Shown here: in pieces, positions 55,578 to 64,000 of the stretch | Layout: every line of letters starts with the position of its first letter | Position numbering within the stretch: the first letter of the stretch is position 1 | Origin: Paraspadella gotoi | Lineage: Eukaryota; Animalia; Chaetognatha | Direction of reading: 5' to 3' | Assembly: GCA_051294375.1 (NCBI GenBank) | Contig: CM119264.1 | Location: 10,358,576 to 10,422,575 of the forward strand | Length of the DNA stretch: 64,000 nt | Position numbers and translations under genes: made by a program | The notes under the pieces: generated by a model | What the model was told of the DNA's origin: nothing | Seen by the model: the letters and a program-made list of their open reading frames with translations, nothing else | Databases searched by the model: none

Positions 55578-58500
55578 AAGAGAGAGAGAGCAAAAAAGAA
55601 AGAAAGTGCAAGAGACAAACGCAAAGTGACAAAAGAACATTTGCATTTTGACAGAGGACGGACACTTCTCAAAGCGCGCGTTCATAAAAAATGCTATATT
55701 TTGCTTTTTCTAAAGGCCTAAAAAAAAAAAGAAAGCCACAATTTTTTTCTGAAAAAAAAGAAAAAAGAAAATAGAAAGGCTAAAAACGAGACGACCGATC
55801 ACGACCGGCCCGCCGTATCGAAAAGACGACTTTGTTAAGTCAAACTGGTAGAGAGAATGAGCTGAACGACATTGATCTCGCTGTTGTTCACTGGAAAACC
55901 GAGAATGGGGTCGATGATCAGGCAGCGTTTTTGGTTTCGAAACACAGCTGTTTGGAAATGGATCCAAAGCTTTGTTTTCACGTTTAGCGTTTTTTCCTCA
56001 AAGCTTGGAAATATTTAGAAGAAAATCGTATTGAATATGTATCTTAAAAATATTACATCACTTTTCGTTTTACCTTTAATCTGTGATACAAAATAAGTTC
56101 ATACATTTACGAAGATATAAATAATAAATACTGTATATCTTTCATTTATCAGCGTTTTTTCGAAAAAAAGCCTCACTGCTTAGTGCTACCCAACGTTGTA
56201 AGAAGTGTGGACCGCCTATAGCAAAGCTGAGAACAGTGAAACTAACGAGATCGGATCTTTGCGCAGCTGTTTTTCCACTCGAATCCGGAAACAGCTGGTG
56301 ACGTCGGCTGATACTCGTTCGCGAGGACAGAAAAGAGAAGTCCTTTTGATTACGTTCGGACGGTGACACGAGAGGGCATCAGTTACATAACGATCCGATC
56401 GAAATACTGGCGCATCGGAGATATTTACAATCTTTATTATACTTATTGGATTTTCGGAACTTAATCAATCCAAAGCGGCTTTAAGCGATTGCATTACAAT
56501 GAACTTTGCTTCGGAATCCAATCCTATGCTGCTGAAGGGCTCCGAAAAAAGATGTTTTCAATACAGGTTCTTTTGGTTATTTTTATAGTCAACTGATTCA
56601 TCAGGGCTAACACTGAGTAGGTTCCACTGTCATGGTACAATTTTTGTTCATTTATAAATAAAGGGTTACACAGGAATCTTAAAGTTATTACGCCATAGAT
56701 TGAAATTCTTTGATATGCCTAAACATCTGTTCCTAAGGGTGTACTTGTCCAGGACAGATTTTGGCGTGCCTTAGTTGTTCTCTACCTACTTTCTGTCGGA
56801 TGTTTTAAATTAACAATAGCTATTGTTCAGTTTTCTCACATTGCCGGTCAAACGGAATATTGCTAATCAACTAAATTGCCTCTGACTATCGCCTTTCGTC
56901 GATTATTCTTTTGCCATTCTTGCCCAAACTTTCCCTGGCCATCTTTTCTTTTCCTTCCTCATTCAGCCCATTTCGTCCCCGACGGGCTTTGGCGTCCACC
57001 TTACGCTCGTCCCCCACCTCGCCATCCAAGGGGGCGTGGCTCGACTTTCTCGGCGACAGGATAAGTTCCACCGTCGTTTAGATTAATCGAGGCAGGGGAA
57101 AAAGCTGTAAAGAGCTGGGATGAAGCCAGATGTAGAGAGGCGAGAAAAAGGAAGTAGAGAGGCAGGAAAGGGAGGAATCGAGGAAGAAAAAATTGAGGGC
57201 ATAGGAAAGAAAAGGAGAAAAAAAAAAATCGATGTGGCTCCGAGAGAACGAATGGGAAGAAAGAAATGTGCATGAAAGTCGGAGAGTCGAAGAGTAAAAG
57301 AGAAGAGAAGGGAGGAAGAAAAAGAAGAGAGTCGGAGGTTCTGAAAGAGAAGAGAAGAGAAAGTTTAGAAACAACTGGGATTGAATTAAGAAAAAGAGTT
57401 TCGGTGGAAAATTCTGATCATCCGAAGAAAAAATTCTGGGTTTGTCTTAATTGGCATCATTCTTTCACGTACACGATTTTTTTACGTACACGATGTTACG
57501 GTGAAGGAGAACCAAGGTTATTCGGAAAAGTCGTTTACTTTTAGATTTCGGTGGTATCGTTTAAGTTTAACTGTATTTGCTCACACCTTAATATTATGTA
57601 GTATCATTTTTCACAGAATACTATTACATAATAAATAATTATTATGATTGAGAATTAGCTCGATCTGTAAAAGATGAGAAACGCTACCCGGTTCTTAAAC
57701 GTGATGGGAGAGGAAGGATGTAAAGAATTGACGAGAGATTGAGACAAAGTGCAAAAAAAAAACAGTCGTTGAAAGTTTTTGAAAAAAAAATCACTCAGTT
57801 TACGAGATATTTCTGTCCAGTATTAATTTATTACTAATTTTTACGGGCGATTTGCTTAAATGCGACCCCGTTCGGCCTAATTTCTTACCTCGGCTCCACT
57901 CGTCGGCAACCCTCGACGTCAAAATACACAAGGAAAACTCGGCTCCCACTCGTCGGACCAATTTGGGCGGCGCCGGACGCGCGGGCGCCGGGATTAGAGC
58001 AGGACTCCGCGGCGCCTGCCGCCAGGGGTCGTACGGGGCCATGATAAAGAAGAAACGGGGTCAGAATTAGGTTTCGCCTTTGATTGGTTACTGACGTGCG
58101 TTGGCGAGGCTAGAAGCTGCGGCAAGCGATTTTTTTTTCTCTCGGCCGACGGTCCGGAAGGCTTCGGGTAGGGGAAAAGGGTGAGGTAAGTTTTGGCCGG
58201 GTTGGTTGGATAAGTGAGAGGTTTCGGGGTGTGGTCACTGCGTCCAGCAATGAAAGAATCGTAGGAAGGAGTCGATATGGGGAGATGAGCGGAGATGTAA
58301 GAAAAGTTACGTAGGAGAACTGATTGATGATGAAGTGAATTTGCTTAGAGTTAAAGAGGAAGAGAGAAAAAATAAAGCTAAACAAGAAGAGTGACTTGAC
58401 TGACTGACGGAGCACAGAGAACAAAAAAAATAAAGGTACTAGATTGAAGTGGACTTGGCGGGAAGAAGGTGACCCGAACGTGCGTCGCTGCTTCGAATTC

Positions 58501-59605
58501 TGAAGAGGAGACGCGAAGAGAAAATTTTATTGAGCGGACTTCGTTCTTCTTATCTCTGTTTCGGTCGGTCATTGGCGGGTGAGGCGAAGGAAAGCTTTGA
58601 TTGGAACTCACCCAAAATAACAAATTTGATTTATTACTCGAGAACAAACAGGGAATGGCCCTTAAATAAATATTTCTTCATAGCAGTTTTGCTTCAATAC
58701 TTATCTTTTAAATGTTTACCCTTTCCTCATATTCGTCCGGCTTTCGTTTGACGCTTTCTTCAATGCTTTTCTAATCCCGAGGCAATCATCATAAAACGCG
58801 GGGAAGAGAGAGAGGAGAGAGAGAGAGAGAGAGAAGAGAGAGAATGATGAAAGAGAGAGAGAGAGAGAGAGAGAAGAAGTACCTTACTCGTGAAAGGATC
58901 TGGTTTTCGGTTTCTGAAACGTCATCGCCGTTGTCTTTCGTGTGGTTCGCCGGTCATCGCCGTCGTCGTCACTATTGTCGTCATCGTCGTTCATCGTCTC
59001 GTTCATCGTCGCAGTTATCGTTCACTTTTTACGTCGCAAACTTTTTTTCGGTCGTTTTTTATTTTTAAATCATCTTTTTACCGGTGTCTTTTTTTTTTAT
59101 CTTTTTATCTTTTTTCTCATCCGCCCATCCATCACCGTCGCTTTATTCGTCATCTTCGGTCGTCGCCATTTTTTTGCGTTTTACTTTGTCATCATTTTCA
59201 CTTCACACCATGATTTTATCGATTGTCTTTTTCATAGACAAAGTTTTTTTTTCTTTATCACTTTCCTTAATTAGGACTTTGATATAATAAGTTATTTAAT
59301 TTTTTTTAGTAGCATTTTGGATTTGTTTGACCAATATAAATCGCTCTCTTCTCTCGATTTACAAGGTTGCTCTGTGTTTATTTTCCTCGTCTTATCAGAG
59401 TTTTCGTGGTCGTCGCTTCCCCCGATCGTCGTTCAGTCGTCGTCGTCTTCGTCTTTCGTCGTTCTTCGTCGTCCGTCGTCGTCGTTGTCGTCGTCGTCGT
59501 TCGTCCCCCATTTCGAAGCTAAAATTGCGAACCCAAGTTTTTAAAAAGGATTTCGATTTTCGTTGGTCTCAACGCGACAATCCTTAACTTTAGACGAGAA
59601 TCTCG
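49196..59605 (-). repeat. Right arm (~10.4 kb) of the giant inverted repeat; error-rich copy, probable assembly or library artefact
   Basis: Frequent 1-nt insertions and deletions relative to the left arm (gatccggaacagc vs gaatccggaaacagc), degraded microsatellites, and barely alignable patches (~53775-53900, ~56375-56900). Confidence 0.95.
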
Positions 59606-59951
59606 CCTAAAAAAAAAATTCAACATTTTCTAATAGAGATTTCCGTTAAAAATCTGACTCACCCAAATTGCAAACGAGATTGCCAGAAATTCGTGTTAAA
59701 AAACAGTTGTTTAAAAACAACGATTCCGAATTAGCGTTATTATCTTAAGAGCTAGCCAAAAATTCGTTCTTTATGGCATTTTGATAAAAGGATTAACTAT
59801 CAAACAAGCCATGGGAAATGCACTTAGTCATCTCCGGAGAATTTTCAAACCTTGTTTTTACTATAAAAATGAAAGGGAAATTTTGCTTTTCAAAAATTTG
59901 GTAAACGGGCTAGCATCTCGAACAAAACCTCGTACGTTTTAATAATCGGCT

Positions 59952-60005
59952 AATAAATAAATGCATTTTTCGCTTTACGAAAAAAAAAAAAAAAAAAAAA
60001 AAAAA
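59952..60005 (+). other. AATAAA signals followed by an A26 tract (retroposed-tail-like)
   Basis: Overlapping AATAAA at 59952 and 59956; A-run 59980-60005. Lies in low-confidence sequence next to a gap. Confidence 0.35.
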
Positions 60006-60026
60006 TGTTTCATCTCTCTGCTTTTT

Positions 60027-60051
60027 NNNNNNNNNNNNNNNNNNNNNNNNN
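60027..60051. other. Assembly gap of exactly 25 N, ~420 bp beyond the right palindrome arm
   Basis: Counted 4+20+1 N. Confidence 0.95.
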
Positions 60052-61235
60052 ACGAGGCAAATGAGCCGGATTTCACGTTAAGCAAATGACAGTAACGCAG
60101 GGATAAAAAGCTATTTTCGTGAAAACCCGAATCTCTATCCCTCTCTCTCTCTCTTTCTCTCTCTATCTATCTATCTATCTCCCCCCCTTTCTCTCCCTCT
60201 CTCTTGTTGTGCTTCGCTACTTCCGAATCTCATCATTGCCCGCGCTTTTATTGCCCCCATTCATCGCTGGGGACGCGTTACGGAATGTGATGTTAGAAAA
60301 TTACTCGTTTCTCGAAATTTGAAGCCAAAACTATTTTCACGGATTCGAGGGGGAGGAGGAGGAGGAGGAGGAGGAGGAGGAGGAGAGCCATCTGCGTGAC
60401 CAGGTTTTCTGCAAGAATATTTCGAATATTTTGACTAAAAAGTTCATTTCGTTTATATATTACAAATATATCCTTAACCAATGATAACTGTTAACGTTGT
60501 TTCTAAATCAAGCTCTGTTTTCATTTAAACTCTCGATTAGATGAACAATTTTCCCTCGAAAACTCATCCAACTTTCATGGAAATTATTCCGCCGCGATGA
60601 TTTTTTTTCCTCCCGCCCATTAAAGTCGTACAAGTTCCGTCGAATAAATATTGTTTAACGACGAGGTAATAAGAGGAAAAAAAATTCGCATAAAAAATTG
60701 TGGAAAGGAAAGGATTGGAATAATTTTCCTTTCGAAACAAATCATTCAAGATTCTTTGTAACGGAGGAAGCGGTCGAAGCGGAAATCCCTGTTTTGGGAA
60801 GCGGAGAATGACAACTGAAAGAGGCGAAATGAACACGGCTACTTGTATTGCATTGCAATGTCACTGAGATAATAATCACGGCCTCATTAGTATTTTAAGC
60901 AGAGAAAACTCAATGTAAGAAATTGTTCCAGGTTTGCCTGGCTTTGAATTTGAATGATAATTATAGAGCGAACTCGTCCTCCATTAACCGGGAGAAAGCG
61001 TCAGACTGGAGCGGCCTTGATGTAGCGCTTGTATCGGTCCAGACAAAAGCGGTCACATTAGAAAAGGCGGCCGCGTCATTCCCTAGCGGAAACGGTCGTG
61101 GGAAGCGGAATCCGGCTGCCGGGGTGACGACGACGACGACGACGACGACGACCTCCGCTAGAATCTAATTAAAGTAATGACTTACGGTTTTCATTCCGGC
61201 GCCCCTAGAGCCACCCGCGAGGACGCATGGCAGAT

Positions 61236-61392
61236 GACGATCGCAATGACAAATGCGACGACGAATGCGACGACGAACATAATGACGAACGCGACGATGA
61301 TAAGAACCACGAAAGCAACGTCGAACGCGAAGACGAACGCGATGACAAATGCAACAATGACGAACGCGACGACGGACGCGACAACAATGTCA
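61236..61392 (+). repeat. Diverged 12-bp minisatellite, consensus GACGAACGCGAC, ~12 units
   Basis: gacgatcgcaat gacaaatgcgac gacgaatgcgac gacgaacataat gacgaacgcgac ... gacgaacgcgat gacaaatgcaac ... gacggacgcgac. Confidence 0.85.
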
Positions 61393-63084
61393 ATTACGGC
61401 AGAAAGTCAGAAACACTTACCTGATTGAGATCTCGAGGAGACCCCATCGGGAGACGGCCAACGTTTCAAGTCGTTCTTTTACCTGCTGTTGAGTGTTGTC
61501 TTCCCATTTTCTACCTCGTTGTTGTTGTTGTGGAAATAGACAGCTTCGTCGTGACGCTTCCGTTGCGTCGTTAGCGTCAGACATTAATAATCGATATTTG
61601 ATGAACATCCCTTTTTACGCGGCGACGGCTGCGGTGACAGCGGCGATTGACCGTATTGTGAAGCAAAAACAAAAGGCTCAACGAAAATAGAATGGAATTT
61701 TCTGATTTTAAAATGCGGACTTTATTTCCAGTGCGTTGGTTGAAAAAAAAAAACTTTCTAAGAGCCAAAATCTCGCGAAAAAAAATTGGCGGGAAATTTT
61801 GAAAAAAGACTGCGTCATCGGTAATTCGGTCGGTTGTTGGTTTTCGGTGAAAAAAAATAATATAAAAAATGAAAAAAAATAAGGAAATAGAATTTTGTTT
61901 TAATACTAATTTAATTTAATTTAATTTAATTTAATTTATTTAAAGAAATAAAATACAAGGCATTATTCCGTAAACATTTCTTTTTCGTATTCTAAATCAT
62001 GATGGAATGAAAGAATCGTTTGTTTTGTGAAATGGTGGCGAAGACGGTAAAGACTAGGACGACGATAAAGACAACGCTGACGACGATAAAAACGACGACC
62101 ACGACGACGAAAACGACGATCACGACGACGAAAAAGACGAAGTCGATCGGAGGAAGCGAAAGAAGAGAACGACGATGATTTTCTCGCGTCTACGAAAAAA
62201 AGACGGAACGAGAGCGAGAGGAGAGAGAGAGAAGAAACGGAGAGAGAAGCACGAGGAAGAGAGAGGAAGAGAAGACACAGAACGCAGAGCAGGAAGAGAG
62301 AGCGAGAGAGTCAGAGATGGGACAGGGAGAGAGAGAAGAGAAGAGAGAATGAGAGAGAGAGAATACGAGAGAGAGAGATGAGAAGAGAGAGAACGCCGGC
62401 CCGAGAAGCGATAGAGTGCGCGAACGCGCGCGGGGCGATACGCGTCATGGGGCGAAGGGCGCGCGTGAGTAGACGGGGAGAGTTCAAGCCGAACCGCAGG
62501 ATGGCGGATGGAGGAAACGAGGAAAGGGAGGAAAGAAAAGAGCGGAAAAGAAGGAAAGAGGACAATGGGGGAAAGGGGGGAAAAATGGAGTTTAGTAATA
62601 TAATTCGAAGGCATAAAGTATAAAGGGAGAGAAATCAAATGAAAAAGTAATTGTGGTATGGGTCGAAGGCCAGTGAAGAGAGAGAAAAAGACTCATCAAG
62701 CTGCAGTTCGGTAAGTTGCGAGATCGAAAGCGACGAAAACACCCCATGGGCGAAGAGAAACTCTGGAATATCGCTGTCAAAGTGGTAAAAGGCGGATAGA
62801 TAAGTGAGTCTGAAAAGTAAGTGAGTGATAAGTAGGTGAGGTACATCGGGATTCGGGGCGTCGGCATCGTCCGTCGAAAATTCGGCAGACGAACGACCGA
62901 TTTAAATAGCGACGGTGGCGTCGAATTGATATTGCATATTCCTTTATAAAGTAGCACTACTTTTCCACCCATCCGAATTTCGAGATTAAACGATGAATAT
63001 CAGTTGGTATCAATAGTTGATATAAACGATATCAATCAAATTATGTCTTTCTTTCGATGAATGCAAAGCTGAAGTTCTGACTAT

Positions 63085-63229
63085 TGCCAACATATACAAT
63101 GGTCAGATATGCCAAACAGAAAAGTATCTTTCTAGTCAATATAGTCGCGACTCAAAAAAAAAAATATTGATTCCTTTGGCAGAAAGCCATCTGCTACCAT
63201 TGGCAGTTCTGGTTGGATGAAGGTGCCAA
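63085..63229. promoter_or_regulatory. Homotypic cluster of NFI-type sites (candidate enhancer)
   Basis: TGCCAA at 63085, 63110 and 63224; TTGGCA at 63176 and 63200. 63176-63189 is TTGGC-N5-GCCA, one base short of the full NFI palindrome. Confidence 0.35.
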
Positions 63230-64000
63230 GCGCCTCTTACCAATCTCTTTTCTGACGGTGCCGTCGGAGAAACGCAGATTTCAAACTGATAATTTTTTTT
63301 TTACTTAACGAATGCCACTCATTCAAACATGAGACGTAAGCTCTCCCAAGAGATGTAAACAAATATAATCATCCAGAAAAAAGTTACAACACCCACTGAA
63401 AATTTTCAATCATCGTTCTTGATTGATTAAATATCTAATAAATTATATTTTTGCCGTTTAATACTCCCTAGTCTCTTAGAATCTTAGAATGTATATATTC
63501 TTAATATAATTTTCCATTTATATAGGCTTTTATAGCTAATTTTGTTTCTTCATCTCAATCTCTTTTCAGTCGATTTTTTTTCCTCCTTTCTTTTTATCAC
63601 AAACTCCATTTTCTTTTACTCTTCCTCTCTTTCTCTCCTTCCCTTTCTGTCTCTCTCTGTCTCTCTCTGTCTCTCTTTCTCTTCCTCTCTCTTCGGCAGT
63701 GAAGAGAGGGTCGACAGAAACGGTCCATTTAACTCCGGTCGAAACTGGAAAAACTTCGGCTGATTCTCCTAAAATTGGAAAAAATTGCGATCGGAGGGAG
63801 ACGGATTCGGGCGAGAGAGAGAGAGAGAGGAGAGAGAGACGAGAGAGCAGAGATGAGATAGAGAGAGAGGAGAGAGAGAGAGAGACTGAGAGAGGAGAGA
63901 AGAGAGAGAAACAAGGGGGGAGGGAAGGAAAACCAACGGATTCGATATCTGTGTCAGTCATCTTCCCTCCCCGCCATTTTCTTGATTGACTGATTTCAAG

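Noticed and set aside
61413-61480. U1 snRNA (ACTTACCTG)
   Set aside because: Lacks the U1-70K and U1A loop motifs and the Sm site; it is just the reverse complement of a consensus splice donor.

Overview
Eukaryotic, most likely invertebrate animal, draft-assembly DNA. It is AT-rich, saturated with (GA)n, (GAAAA)n, (GAC/GTC)n and (GAT)n microsatellites, not visibly CpG-depleted, and has 19 N-gaps. Nearly all ORFs in the supplied track are repeat or gap artefacts. I found no rRNA, convincing tRNA, CRISPR array or transposase/RT coding sequence. The one well-supported gene is a minus-strand immunoglobulin-superfamily (IgSF) gene that the ORF track misses. A 1,546-nt exon (32893->31348) ends in the first half of an Ig domain at a phase-1 G|GTGAGT donor. 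A 119-nt exon (568->450) starts at a phase-1 acceptor and encodes the second half. Joined across a ~30.8-kb intron they give a near-complete Ig domain, preceded by an unusual ~460-aa low-complexity leader containing microsatellite-like hydrophobic segments. The two largest structures are a ~21-kb palindrome (38575-48959, 236-bp spacer, 49196-59605) and a ~2.7-kb direct duplication (11631-14389 and 14983-17690). Both sit next to the only two gaps of exactly 25 N and differ between copies mostly by 1-nt indels. They are most probably long-read gap-filling or amplification-chimera artefacts, not biology. I found no convincing new multi-gene system. The best leads are the split, oddly-leadered IgSF gene and a few regulatory or structured-RNA candidates.
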